From Hymenobacter sp. (GTDB lineage: Bacteria; Bacteroidota; Bacteroidia; Cytophagales; Hymenobacteraceae): DNA of 39,574 bases. The notes beneath the pieces are model-generated. The model searched no databases, was not told the DNA's origin, and worked only from the letters and a program-made list of their open reading frames with translations. The translations under genes and the position numbers were made by a program. Below, one piece after another: positions 7,515-17,571 of this stretch. Location: positions 1 to 39,574 of the forward strand of contig JANPOR010000554.1 of NCBI GenBank assembly GCA_031428075.1. The letters are read 5' to 3'. Each line of letters opens with the position of its first letter. Position 1 is the first letter of the stretch.

Positions 7515-10500
7515 ATGCGCCTGTTTCTCCTTGCCTGTTCGCTTTTGCTGTTGACGTTCACCGCCGACCGGGCCGCGCCCGGGCCGCGCCCGGGCTCGCT
7601 AGCCGCCCGCTGGAAGAGAATTGACCAGCTCCTGGCCAAAGACCAAACGGCCACTGCTGCCCCGCTCGTAGAAACGATCTACCAGCAGGCCAAAAAAAAT
7701 GGTGATGCCCCTGCCTACGTGCGGGCCCTACTCTACAAAATCCGGCTTCTGCAAAACAATCAGGAAGACGCCGACGAGAAGGCTATCGTGTTGTTGGAAG
7801 GCGACTTGAAAGCGGCGCAATTCCCAGCTCGGCCCATTTTGCATTCGCTGCTGGCGGGCCTGTACGCCGATTATTACAGCCAGCACCGCTATCAGCTCTA
7901 CCAGCGCACGGCCGGGGCCGCGCCCACTGCCGATGCAGCCAGCAGCGGCAGCACCCTCGCCACCTGGGACGCTGGGAGGTTGGGCGCAGCCATTGTGCGG
8001 CACTATTATTTATCCGTCGAAGACGAGCCGCAACGGCAGCTCGCTACCACTCTGGCCCAGCTTGGCGACCTGGCTGCGGGCGGCGATGCCGAAGGCCGCC
8101 GGCTGCGCCCCACACTCTACGATTTGCTGGCCCAGCGCGCCATCGCGGGCTTGCAAAACCAGGAGCTATACCTCACCCGGCCCGAGCAGCAGTTTCAAAT
8201 CACCGAGCCCAAGCTGTTCGGCAGTGCCCGGGAGTTCACCGACCTGCGTCTGCTGGGCCCCGAGGCTGACTCGCTGAATGGGCAGCTGCACGTGCTGCAC
8301 GTGCTGCAGCGCCTCACGGCCGCGCGCCTACTGCTGGCTCCCACTAACCCGGCGGCGCTGGCCGACGTGGACTTGCAGCGCCTCGACTATATGCGCGGCC
8401 TCACCCAAAACACTGACCTCGCCGACCAGTACGGCCCCGCGCTGGTGCTAATGGCCGAGACGTACAAGGCCCTGCCCATCAGTACCGAATTTATCGAACG
8501 CCGGGCCAAGCTGGCCCGCGACAGCACGCCGGTCGCCGCCGTGGCCCTGGCGCGGGCAGCGGAAGCGAAATTTCCAAAGTCGCGCGGTGCCTCCCGCGCT
8601 AGGGCCCTGCGCGAGCAAATAGAGCGGCCGGAACTTTCATTTTCCGCCGCTGAAATCGTGGTGCCCGGCCAGCCCTGGCGGCTCAACGTGACGGCCCGCA
8701 ACGTGACGGAGCTGCACGCCTGGGCCTACCAGATTTCGCTGAAGGAATGGGAGAAAGCCGGTCGGTACGACGAGCGGGCCATTGCAAAGCAGTACGCTCA
8801 CGTCCTACGCACCAAACCGGCCGCTGCGTGGGCCGTGCCCGTATCAGCGCATCCGCTGGATTATAAAGCGCACAAGCTGGCAGCGGCGGGCGCGGCACTC
8901 CCGGCCGGCTACTATTTGGTTTTGCTTAGCAACCGCGCCACGCTGTCTGCCGATGCGGCGGCCCCGGCAGCACAGGCTGGTACCGTTACGGCCTATGCTG
9001 TGCTGGGGGCAAGTGAGTTGAGCGCCGTTAATCGAACGAACTTGCAAACTGGCACCACCGCGCTGCTGCTATTGCATCGGCAGAGTGGCGCGCCACTGGC
9101 TGGCATAGCCGCCCAGGCTACGTACACCATGTACAATCGTGGTAAGTCGCGGCAAGAAAGTCGTTTAGGGGCGGTGATTATTTCAAATGCAAATGGCGAA
9201 GCAGAGCTTTCCGCGCCGGTAAAATTGTCTTCGCAGCTGGACCGTGAGAGCTTGGCTAATGTGAGGGTTTGGAAAGGCCGCGATACGCTGGTGATGGCCA
9301 CCGACAATGAGAACTACGGAGCCTTTGAGCGCCCAAAGGTTGCGCTCCCCCAACGGCACACTTTCCTCTTTACCGACCGCGCCATTTACCGGCCGGGCCA
9401 GACGCTGTACTTCAAAGGCATTCGGATCGAGAGCCTAAACGGCAAAAGCAGCCTCGTGACCAACCAGCCGGTGAGTGTGCGGCTGGTCGACGTGAACGGT
9501 CAGACTGTGCAAACGCTGCCCTTCACCACATCGGAGTTCGGTAGCTTCAACGGCTCCATCGTGTTGCCCACGGGCCTGCTCAACGGTGAAATGACCCTGC
9601 GAACCGACGACGGCAACCTGCAATTTGCGGTGGAAGACTACAAGCGCCCGGCCTTTTTCGTGACGCTTGATTCGGTGCCCGGCCGGCCCCGGCTTGGCCA
9701 GTTGCTGACGGTGCAGGGCCGGGCCCGTGCCTACGCCGGGCAAGCCACCGACGGGGCCGCGGTGCGCTACCGCGTCACGCGCCGCGAGCTGTGGCCGCTG
9801 TTCGACTATGGTTTCCGGCGCGGCATTTACCCGCCCGGCCGTGGCGGTAGCAGCCAGGAAGTCGCCCACGGCACCGCCACCACCGATGCGGAGGGCCGCT
9901 TCGGCATCACCTTCACGCCGTCGCTGGGGCCCCAAACCCAGGACAAGCGCGGCTGGGAGCCGGGCTATTTGTTTGAAATCACCGCCGACGTAACCGACGC
10001 GGCTGGCGAAACCCGCACTGGCACCCGCAGCTTCCCCATCGGCCGCAATCCGCTGAGCTTGCGCCTTGCCGGCCCCGACGAGGCCGACAAGCAGCATCTG
10101 CCTGCTTTCACGCTGCGGGGCGCCAATGCCACCGGCGAGCCGCTGCCTGCTGCCGGCACGCTGCGCCTGCTGGCCCGCCGCTTCCGCCCCAATCCGCCCG
10201 GCGTGCCCGGCCCGGTGCCCGAAACGGAGGATAACGAAGCTCTGGCTGTACTGATTAAAACCCTGCCCTTCGACACCAAAAACGGCCCGCTGCTGGACCT
10301 GAGCGCCGCCCTGGGGGCCCTGCCCACCGGCCGCTACCGCCTCGAAGCCCTTGCCGCTGGGGCCGATTCGGCGCGGGCGCGGCACGATTTCACGCTCTAC
10401 GACTCGGGGGCCCCCGCCGTGCCCTTTGCTACGCCCGATTGGTTTGTGGCGCTGGCTGACACCGTAGCCCCCGGCCAGCCCACTGCCGTGCTACTAGGTA

Positions 10501-13500
10501 GCAACGAAGCCGACGCCCGCGTTCTACTCGAAGTGGAACGCGGTGGCCAACTCCTGCGCCAGGAGTGGCTGACGCTCAGTGCTAACGAGCAGCGCCGCCT
10601 GACGGTGGACAGCGGCCCCGTCACGGCTCAGGGGCCCCTCTACATCCACACCACGCAGGTACGCGACAACCGCCCCTACCGCCACGACGCCACCGTGCAG
10701 GTAGTGGAGAAACCGCAGCCGCTGCGGCTCGCCATCAGCACCTTCCGCGACAAACTCCAGCCCGGCCAGAAGGAAACCTGGCGCGTCACCGTCCGCCAAG
10801 CAGATGGCAAAGCCGCCGATGCTGAGATGGTCGCCACCCTTTATGACCAGAGCTTGGACGTGTTCCGGCAGCACATCTTTCAGGGGTTGGATTTTGGTGA
10901 TGGTGGGTATTCAGCGCGGTTTGAGTGGAAAGGAGAATTTGGGGAGTTTAATTCTAACAATTACGCTACAACCGATGATGACGCGGAGCCAAAGCCTGTC
11001 AATTACCCTGAATTGAATGATTGGCAACAGCATTTGGATGAGGTGCCTGACCAAGGGGAGTTGAAGGATAAGGTTTTCAGTGGCGAAGGCAATCGAGTTA
11101 TGGCTTCAGCTGCTCGTTCTAAAATGACCAGTGTAAAATTTAGTGCTCCCGTAATAAAAAGAGATGCAGAAATGCGTCCACCGCCTCCGGCACCAGTTTC
11201 TGCTGAGGAAGCAATGAAGCGTGGAGACATCCCCGACATGGATACGTTGACTAACAAAGTAGCGTCTCCAAACAGACAGCCCGACCTTTCCACTGTCCCC
11301 ACCCGCACCGATTTCCGCGAAACGGCCTTTTGGCAGCCGGCCTTGCGCACCGACAAAAACGGCGATATCGTGCTCGAATTTCAGATGCCGGAGGCTGTGA
11401 CGCGCTGGCAGCTGCTGGCCCTGGCCCACGACAAAAACCTGCGCACCGGCCAACTGGCCCGGCAGCTCGTTACCCAAAAGGAAATTCAGATTACGCCCAA
11501 CGCGCCGCGCTTTTTGCGGCAAGGCGACACGTTCACTTTTCCCGCCAAGTTCTCGAACCTGACCGACCACGCAACCAGCGGCACGGCGCAGCTTTTCCTG
11601 CTCGACGCAGCTACTGGACAGGACATTACGGGCCAGGTGCTGAAGGGTCCGGCGCAGCAAACTGTATCAACCGGGGCCCACCAAAGCGTTGCCTTGGACT
11701 GGGGAATCAGCTTACCCGCCGACTTTGCGCCGGTAGCAGTGACGTACCGCGTGGTGGTGCAAGTGAGGGTGAAGAACGGGGTAAAAGAGAAAAAGGGTAA
11801 GTGGAAGCAGCAGTCAGCTACTTTCTCCGACGGTGAGGAAAACACCTTGCCTGTGCTGCCCAACCGCCTGCTCATCACCGAAAGCCTGCCGTTGCCCGTC
11901 GTGGGGCCCGGCACCCACGCGTTTGAGTTGGCGAAGCTGACCGGGCCCGGCAGTTCCACGCGCCGCAACTACTCCCTCACACTGGAAATGACGGCCAACC
12001 CCGCCTGGTACGCCGTGCAAAGCCTACCCTACTTGATGGAATACCCCTACGAATGCTCGGAACAAGTATTCAGCCGGTTGTATGCTAATCTGTTGGCGGC
12101 CCAAATTTTGAAATCCAACCCTCGCTTTAAAATCATCCTCGCCGAATGGACGCGACTGGCCCAAAGCAGTACGGCGGCGCAAAAAAATGGCCTTGCCAGC
12201 AAGCTGGCGCAGAACCAGGAGCTGAAAAACCTGCTGTTGCAAGAAACGCCTTGGGTGCGCGACGCCCAGGGCGAAACCGAGCGCCTGGCCCGCCTCAGCA
12301 CGTTGTTCGATGAAACCCGCTTGCGCGGCGAAACCGCCGGGGCCCTGGCCAAGCTGCAGCGCATGCAGCTGCCCGGTGGCGGTTTCCCGTGGTTTGAGAG
12401 GATGCCCGACGACCGCTACATCACCCAGCTCATCGTGGCCGGTTTCGGGAAGTTAAAGAAGCTGGGGGCTCTCGATGCCGATCAGGACGCCACCGCCCGC
12501 GGCATCCTGCAAAACGCCTTGCGCTACCTCGACGCCGCCACCGCCCGCGATTACGCCGCGCTGCGCCGCCAAAAAGGCGTGAAATTGGCCGACAACCACC
12601 TCGGCGACCTGCAAATACAGGCGCTGTACGCCCGCAGTTTCTGGCCCCGGCAGCCCGAAGCCGCCGCAAAAACTGCCTACGCGTACTACCGCGAGCAGGC
12701 CGCCAAGTATTGGCCCGGCCAGACGCGCTACCTGCAAGCCCAGATGGCCCTGGCCCTGTTTCGGGCGGGCAAGGTGGCCCCGGCGGCCCAGGATATTCTG
12801 AGGGCCCTGGCCGAAGATGCACTTCATTCGTCGGAACTGGGCATGTATTGGAAGGAAGTGCGGGGTGGCTACTATTGGCACGAGGCCCCCACCGAAACCC
12901 AGGCTACGCTCATCGAAGCCTTCGACGAGGTGAAAAACGACCAGAAATCCGTCGATGAGATGAAGCTCTGGCTGCTCCAGCAGAAGCAAACCCACCACTG
13001 GGAAAGCACCCGCGCCACCGCCGATGCCTGCTACGCCCTGCTGTTGCGTGGCTCCGACTGGCTCGCGGCCCCGCAGCCGATGCAAATCACCGTCGGGGGC
13101 GAAAAGATTCAGTCCGAGGCCGCGCAGGCTGGCACCGACTACTTCAAAACCAGCTGGCCAGCCGCCGAGGTCAAGCCCGCCCAGGGCCGCGTCATCGTCG
13201 CCAAGTCCGGCGCGGGCGTGGCGTGGGGCGCGTTGTATTGGCAGTACTTCGAGGATTTTGATAAGGTGACGCCCGCCGCTACGCCCCTCGGCTTGGAGCG
13301 CCAGCTCTACCGCGAAATCCGCACCGCTGGGGGGCCGGTGCTCGAAAAGCTGACCACCACCACGCCCTTGAAAGTGGGCGACGTGCTGGTGGTGCGCCTT
13401 GTGTTGCGTACCGACCGCGAACTGGAATACGTCCATCTCAAAGACCAGCGCGCCGCCGGCTTGGAGCCCATCGCCCAAACCAGCGGTTACCGCTACCAAA

Positions 13501-13706
13501 ATGGACTGGGCTATTACGAGAGCCCTCGCGACGCGGCCACCAATTTTTTCCTGGGGACCCTGCCACGCGGCACCCACGTGTTCGAGTACCGGCTGCGGGC
13601 CAGCCAGGTCGGCGATTTTTCGGGCGGACTTAGCGAGGCGCAATGCCTATACGCGCCCAAGTTTAGGGCCAATTCTGCTGGGCAGCGGCTGACGATTGTG
13701 CGGTAG
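7515..13706 (+). CDS. Bacterial alpha-2-macroglobulin family protein
   Basis: 2063 aa with signal peptide; FTDRAIYRPGQ (MG2), F-VEDYKRP, RTDFRETAFW-P, PRFLRQGD, thioester YPYECSEQ (CxEQ at 12054-12065) and C-terminal YRLRA...G motifs. Confidence 0.93.
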   Translation: MRLFLLACSLLLLTFTADRAAPGPRPGSLAARWKRIDQLLAKDQTATAAPLVETIYQQAKKNGDAPAYVRALLYKIRLLQNNQEDADEKAIVLLEGDLKAAQFPARPILHSLLAGLYADYYSQHRYQLYQRTAGAAPTADAASSGSTLATWDAGRLGAAIVRHYYLSVEDEPQRQLATTLAQLGDLAAGGDAEGRRLRPTLYDLLAQRAIAGLQNQELYLTRPEQQFQITEPKLFGSAREFTDLRLLGPEADSLNGQLHVLHVLQRLTAARLLLAPTNPAALADVDLQRLDYMRGLTQNTDLADQYGPALVLMAETYKALPISTEFIERRAKLARDSTPVAAVALARAAEAKFPKSRGASRARALREQIERPELSFSAAEIVVPGQPWRLNVTARNVTELHAWAYQISLKEWEKAGRYDERAIAKQYAHVLRTKPAAAWAVPVSAHPLDYKAHKLAAAGAALPAGYYLVLLSNRATLSADAAAPAAQAGTVTAYAVLGASELSAVNRTNLQTGTTALLLLHRQSGAPLAGIAAQATYTMYNRGKSRQESRLGAVIISNANGEAELSAPVKLSSQLDRESLANVRVWKGRDTLVMATDNENYGAFERPKVALPQRHTFLFTDRAIYRPGQTLYFKGIRIESLNGKSSLVTNQPVSVRLVDVNGQTVQTLPFTTSEFGSFNGSIVLPTGLLNGEMTLRTDDGNLQFAVEDYKRPAFFVTLDSVPGRPRLGQLLTVQGRARAYAGQATDGAAVRYRVTRRELWPLFDYGFRRGIYPPGRGGSSQEVAHGTATTDAEGRFGITFTPSLGPQTQDKRGWEPGYLFEITADVTDAAGETRTGTRSFPIGRNPLSLRLAGPDEADKQHLPAFTLRGANATGEPLPAAGTLRLLARRFRPNPPGVPGPVPETEDNEALAVLIKTLPFDTKNGPLLDLSAALGALPTGRYRLEALAAGADSARARHDFTLYDSGAPAVPFATPDWFVALADTVAPGQPTAVLLGSNEADARVLLEVERGGQLLRQEWLTLSANEQRRLTVDSGPVTAQGPLYIHTTQVRDNRPYRHDATVQVVEKPQPLRLAISTFRDKLQPGQKETWRVTVRQADGKAADAEMVATLYDQSLDVFRQHIFQGLDFGDGGYSARFEWKGEFGEFNSNNYATTDDDAEPKPVNYPELNDWQQHLDEVPDQGELKDKVFSGEGNRVMASAARSKMTSVKFSAPVIKRDAEMRPPPPAPVSAEEAMKRGDIPDMDTLTNKVASPNRQPDLSTVPTRTDFRETAFWQPALRTDKNGDIVLEFQMPEAVTRWQLLALAHDKNLRTGQLARQLVTQKEIQITPNAPRFLRQGDTFTFPAKFSNLTDHATSGTAQLFLLDAATGQDITGQVLKGPAQQTVSTGAHQSVALDWGISLPADFAPVAVTYRVVVQVRVKNGVKEKKGKWKQQSATFSDGEENTLPVLPNRLLITESLPLPVVGPGTHAFELAKLTGPGSSTRRNYSLTLEMTANPAWYAVQSLPYLMEYPYECSEQVFSRLYANLLAAQILKSNPRFKIILAEWTRLAQSSTAAQKNGLASKLAQNQELKNLLLQETPWVRDAQGETERLARLSTLFDETRLRGETAGALAKLQRMQLPGGGFPWFERMPDDRYITQLIVAGFGKLKKLGALDADQDATARGILQNALRYLDAATARDYAALRRQKGVKLADNHLGDLQIQALYARSFWPRQPEAAAKTAYAYYREQAAKYWPGQTRYLQAQMALALFRAGKVAPAAQDILRALAEDALHSSELGMYWKEVRGGYYWHEAPTETQATLIEAFDEVKNDQKSVDEMKLWLLQQKQTHHWESTRATADACYALLLRGSDWLAAPQPMQITVGGEKIQSEAAQAGTDYFKTSWPAAEVKPAQGRVIVAKSGAGVAWGALYWQYFEDFDKVTPAATPLGLERQLYREIRTAGGPVLEKLTTTTPLKVGDVLVVRLVLRTDRELEYVHLKDQRAAGLEPIAQTSGYRYQNGLGYYESPRDAATNFFLGTLPRGTHVFEYRLRASQVGDFSGGLSEAQCLYAPKFRANSAGQRLTIVR

Positions 13707-13858
13707 GAGCGCGGTTGACCGAGGTCCTCCAGTTGCTTAGAGCACGCATGGCGCCAGCCGGGCCTACAGGCAAAAGCTCGGCCGATGCTTGCATATTACC
13801 GAGACGGTTGTTAGCTTTGTCGTCTAGCCAATTTAATATTTCCAATATTTATTGCACT

Positions 13859-14506
13859 ATGAAGCACCTATTTGCCCTGTTCGCTTTGTGCCTAGCCCTG
13901 GGCACGGCCCGCGCCCAAACGCCCGTCACGAAGCTGCCCGGTGAAGAAAACCTGAGTTTGCGTGAGCGCGCCGAGCGGGATTTTCTCATGCCCGTACGTC
14001 GCAAGAAAGTTGTGGAAGCGCCCCGCCCCGGGGCCCCCGACGACATGACCGCTGCGCCCGAAAATGACGCCACCGCCCACTATTCGGCCACCGCTGATGA
14101 GGTTCGCCCCGAGGAAACCATCGCGCCGGCCCGCGAAGCCCGTCCTACCCGCTCCTTCGCCGCGCGCCACACCGCCTGGCTAGTGCGCCGCGCCGAGGCC
14201 CGGGCTGAAGAGCGCGCCGCCGACTTGCGCGCCGCGCGCCGCGCCGAAGCCCGTCGCGCTGCCCGCCACAGCAGCAGCAAGCGCAGTAGCAAAGCCACCC
14301 ATAGCAGCAAGCGCAGCAGCAAAGCCGTCAAAACTAAAACAAAGACCAAGGCTGCCCGCGCCAAAGCCGCCCACACCGCCAAGCGCAGCAAAAGCCATCA
14401 TAGCGCGGCCAAAACCAGCCACAAAACCAAAAAGGTGACGGCTCACAAAAAAGCGTCGCACGCCGCCAAGGCCACGGCCAAGCATAAGAAGAAGCACCGC
14501 CGCTAG
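13859..14506 (+). CDS. Secreted hypothetical protein with K/S/A/H-rich histone-H1-like basic tail
   Basis: MKHLFALFALCLALGTARA-Q signal peptide; C-terminal ~80 aa strongly basic and low complexity; followed by a terminator. Confidence 0.75.
   Translation: MKHLFALFALCLALGTARAQTPVTKLPGEENLSLRERAERDFLMPVRRKKVVEAPRPGAPDDMTAAPENDATAHYSATADEVRPEETIAPAREARPTRSFAARHTAWLVRRAEARAEERAADLRAARRAEARRAARHSSSKRSSKATHSSKRSSKAVKTKTKTKAARAKAAHTAKRSKSHHSAAKTSHKTKKVTAHKKASHAAKATAKHKKKHRR
14273..14326 (+). repeat. 30-bp-period tandem duplication in coding sequence (SSKRSSKA x2)
   Basis: AGCAGCAAGCGCAGTAGCAAAGCC (14273-14296) vs AGCAGCAAGCGCAGCAGCAAAGCC (14303-14326). Confidence 0.8.
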
Positions 14507-14529
14507 ACCGGTCATCAATATTATCAATG

Positions 14530-14568
14530 CTAAAAAAGCCTTACCAGTAAATGGCGAGGCTTTTTTAG
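14530..14568. terminator. Bidirectional intrinsic terminator
   Basis: CTAAAAAAGCCTT...GAGGCTTTTTTAG between convergent genes. Confidence 0.75.
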
Positions 14569-14604
14569 TGCGTTTTGAAGCCGAGCCGGGGCCCCGTAAG
14601 CTGT

Positions 14605-14922
14605 TTACCCAGCAATGCGAATCACGAGGCCGTCGGTACGGGGCGCGAGGCGAATCTGGCAGCTCAAGCGCGAGCCTTCGTATACGTGCGGCAGGGTTTC
14701 GAGCATGTCTAGCTCCGCATCCTGAGGCTCGGGCAAGACAGGTCCGGCTAGCACTTCCACGTGGCAGGTAGCGCACAGGGCCATGCCGCCGCAAGCGGCT
14801 TGGATGGGGTAATCGTTGGCCTTGAGCAACTCCATCAGGCTCAGGCCCATGTCGGTAGGGGCCTCCAGCTCGCGGCGTTGGCCGGGCGCTTCCTCCACGT
14901 AGATGCGAATATCGTCTTCCAT
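14605..14922 (-). CDS. 2Fe-2S ferredoxin (adrenodoxin/Fdx type)
   Basis: CGGMALCATCHV...SRLSCQI four-Cys pattern. Confidence 0.93.
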   Translation of the reverse strand: MEDDIRIYVEEAPGQRRELEAPTDMGLSLMELLKANDYPIQAACGGMALCATCHVEVLAGPVLPEPQDAELDMLETLPHVYEGSRLSCQIRLAPRTDGLVIRIAG

Positions 14923-15001
14923 TGTGTAAACAAGCAAACAGTAAGTGAGCGAACGAGTAGCCGGTAATTTTACCGCTTCGCTCATTCGCTCAATTGGCCG
15001 T

Positions 15002-16018
15002 TTACATGGTGGGTATCCCGTTCACCGTCGTGTATTTGAGGGTATATTTCTTGTCGGGGTAGATGTATTTGAACGCACCCTGGCACATGAGCGCCGCCTC
15101 GTGGAAGCCGCAGAGGATGAGCTTGAGTTTGCCGGGATAGGTGTTGATGTCGCCGATGGCAAATACGCCGGGCACCGACGTGCTGTAGTCGAGCGTGTTC
15201 ACTTTCACAGCGTCGTTTTCCAGGCCTAGGCCCCACTCGCCGATGGGCCCCAGCTTGGGGGTGAGGCCAAACAAGGGCACAAACGCGTCGAGCGGCACGG
15301 TTTCGGCGATGCCGTCGTTGCCGGTGATGGTGACTTGCTGCAAGTGGCCGTTGCCGTGCAAGTGAGTCACGTTGCTGCTCAGCACGAGTCTGATTTTGCC
15401 GGCCTCGGCCAAGGTTTGCACTTTTTCGGCCGAGTCGGCGGCTCCACGGAAGGTGGTGCCGCGGTGCACCAGCGTTACATCCGCAGCTACGTTGGCCAGG
15501 AAATTGGTCCAGTCGAGGGCTGAGTCGCCGCCGCCGGCGATCACGATTTTCTTGCCGCGGAAATGCTCGGGGTCGCGCACCATGTAGTGCACGCCTTTGC
15601 CGCCCTCGAAGCGCTCTAGGTTTTCAACGGCTGGCTTGCGGGGCTCGAATGAGCCCAGGCCCCCGGCGATGGCCACAGCTTTGCAGCGAATCTCGGCGCC
15701 GTCGGTGGTGTGGAGTTGGAACGAGCCGTCATCGAGCTTGGCAAATTGCTCCACCCGCTCGCCCAGCGTGAAGGTAGGATGGAAGGGCTCGATTTGCTTG
15801 AGTAGGTTGGCTACCAAGTCGCCGGCCAGGATTTCAGGAAAACCTGGAATGTCGTAAATCGGCTTTTTGGGGTATATTTCGGTGAGCTGACCGCCGGGTT
15901 GGGGCAGGGCGTCGACGACGTGGCAGCGGAGCTTGAGCAAACCAGCTTCAAACACGGCAAACAAGCCGACCGGGCCGGCCCCGATAATGCAGATATCGGT
16001 GGAAATGACGTTGGGCAT
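15002..16018 (-). CDS. Ferredoxin--NADP+ reductase (thioredoxin-reductase-like, YumC type)
   Basis: IIGAGPVG FAD motif, GGQL-EIYP-KPIYDIPG, GGGDSALD NADPH motif, PGKLKLIL-GFHEA; no CxxC; adjacent to a ferredoxin. Confidence 0.92.
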   Translation of the reverse strand: MPNVISTDICIIGAGPVGLFAVFEAGLLKLRCHVVDALPQPGGQLTEIYPKKPIYDIPGFPEILAGDLVANLLKQIEPFHPTFTLGERVEQFAKLDDGSFQLHTTDGAEIRCKAVAIAGGLGSFEPRKPAVENLERFEGGKGVHYMVRDPEHFRGKKIVIAGGGDSALDWTNFLANVAADVTLVHRGTTFRGAADSAEKVQTLAEAGKIRLVLSSNVTHLHGNGHLQQVTITGNDGIAETVPLDAFVPLFGLTPKLGPIGEWGLGLENDAVKVNTLDYSTSVPGVFAIGDINTYPGKLKLILCGFHEAALMCQGAFKYIYPDKKYTLKYTTVNGIPTM

Positions 16019-16049
16019 AAACGAGCTAAGTACCTGAAACAAGCGGCCG

Positions 16050-16057
16050 CAAAGGTA
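16050..16057 (-). promoter_or_regulatory. Bacteroidota -7 promoter element for the FNR-ferredoxin operon
   Basis: TACCTTTG on the minus strand, ~30 nt upstream of the ATG at 16018. Confidence 0.65.
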
Positions 16058-16258
16058 GACCCCCGGGCCGGGGCGGCCAACGGCCGTCGTTCCATACAAC
16101 AACCTTAAGGCCTAAATCGTTGGCTTATCTAACCCGATCGTGCCGGTTTGGCCTGTTATGTGCGAGGGCCGGCCGGGCCGGGCAACGGGGACTAACTTGT
16201 TGCCGAAAAAAACGATAGTATTGCCCCGTTGCTTCCTTCTCAGTCCGTTTTCCGGCGC

Positions 16259-17569
16259 ATGATTCCAGTTTCGACTTTTCGTAAATATGCCCTACTGCTG
16301 CCGCTGAGCGGGCTGGCCGTTGCCTGCGGCTCCGACGCGACTTCGGGAAAAATTGCCGGCAAGACGGCCGGGGATGCAGCGGTTCCGGCAGTTAAAATTA
16401 ACCAGATCAATGTGTTGGTGGATGCCTCGGGTGGTATGCAGGGCTTCATGCACGCTAACGCGCCCGGTATGCCGGGCAGTGGCTTTCAGCAAACCGTGAC
16501 GGCACTGCTTTCCGACGTCAATGGCCAGCGCAACCAGCAAACGGCACCGCCGGCCTTCTATTTTGTGAAGGAAGCTACCGGGGCCGACCCGCACGTCCTC
16601 GTGCCGGCTACCTATAATGAGTTGACCGGTGCCATCAGCACGGGCATCCAAAAGCCGGCCCTGGGCACCGAACTGCCCCAAATGCTGGCCGAGGCCCTGA
16701 AGCTGCAAGCCAAAAAGCCCGGCACGGTGAGCATCATCGTGTCCGATTTCATCTACAGCCCCAAGAACTCCAGCGAAACCTGGCGCGTGAAAACCGACGT
16801 GAAAGACGCCTTGAGCACTGCTGACGCGACCCATCTGGCGGTGTCGGTGTTCGCGAGCACGTCGGAGTATCGGGGTAATTTTTACCCTGGTAACCGCACG
16901 CATTCGCAAGCCCTGCACGGCGAGAAATTGCCCTATTATATCTGGGTAGTAGGGGCCCCCGAGCTAGTCGGCCAGGTCGACGGTAGCTTGTTGAAGCGGC
17001 TGGCAGGCCAGCCCCAGGCGCATTTCAATACTAAATTTGCTCCACCGTACGCCGCCCTCGACCATTTCCAGAACGCCGGGGAATGGTACAAGGCCGACGT
17101 CGGCTCCGTGCCCGCCGTGGCCCTCACCAAGAGCGTGTCGTGGAAGGAGCCGGCCGAAATCGTGTTCGGCCTAGACCTGAAAGGGGTGCCCGCCGAATGG
17201 CAGAAAGCCGCTGCTCAGGGCCTGCGCCTCGACCCTGCGGCCACCAACGCCACGCTGTTGCGCACCTGGCTGGTGGCTCAGGAGCCGGCCGCTGCCGGTA
17301 AGGCATACTTGCAGTCTTACACGCACTTAGCTAAAATTAGATTGAATCAAATTCCCGGCGCGGGGGCTCTGCTGCATCTCACGCTGCCCCGCCAACAGCC
17401 CGCCTGGGTGGCCCAGACTTCGACTGCCAACGATAGTAATATTGCCAAACAGGGCCCTAAGACCTTCTTGCTCGCCGACGTGCTGCAAGGTGTAGCCGAT
17501 TATTTTGCCGACCAGCCCAGCGCCCAGCTCTCGCTCGACTTGCCCGTGCGCGTGCAGCGAGCCGAGTAA
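16259..17569 (+). CDS. Lipoprotein with vWA-like domain (degenerate MIDAS)
   Basis: Lipobox LAVAC; INVLVDASGGM (DxSxS-like), GTELPQML and SIIVSDF occur in the order of the vWA MIDAS elements. Confidence 0.65.
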   Translation: MIPVSTFRKYALLLPLSGLAVACGSDATSGKIAGKTAGDAAVPAVKINQINVLVDASGGMQGFMHANAPGMPGSGFQQTVTALLSDVNGQRNQQTAPPAFYFVKEATGADPHVLVPATYNELTGAISTGIQKPALGTELPQMLAEALKLQAKKPGTVSIIVSDFIYSPKNSSETWRVKTDVKDALSTADATHLAVSVFASTSEYRGNFYPGNRTHSQALHGEKLPYYIWVVGAPELVGQVDGSLLKRLAGQPQAHFNTKFAPPYAALDHFQNAGEWYKADVGSVPAVALTKSVSWKEPAEIVFGLDLKGVPAEWQKAAAQGLRLDPAATNATLLRTWLVAQEPAAAGKAYLQSYTHLAKIRLNQIPGAGALLHLTLPRQQPAWVAQTSTANDSNIAKQGPKTFLLADVLQGVADYFADQPSAQLSLDLPVRVQRAE

Positions 17570-17571
17570 CC

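Noticed and set aside
16216-16223. TAGTATTG as the operon promoter
   Set aside because: One mismatch to TAnnTTTG; plausible position but too weak to list as a feature.
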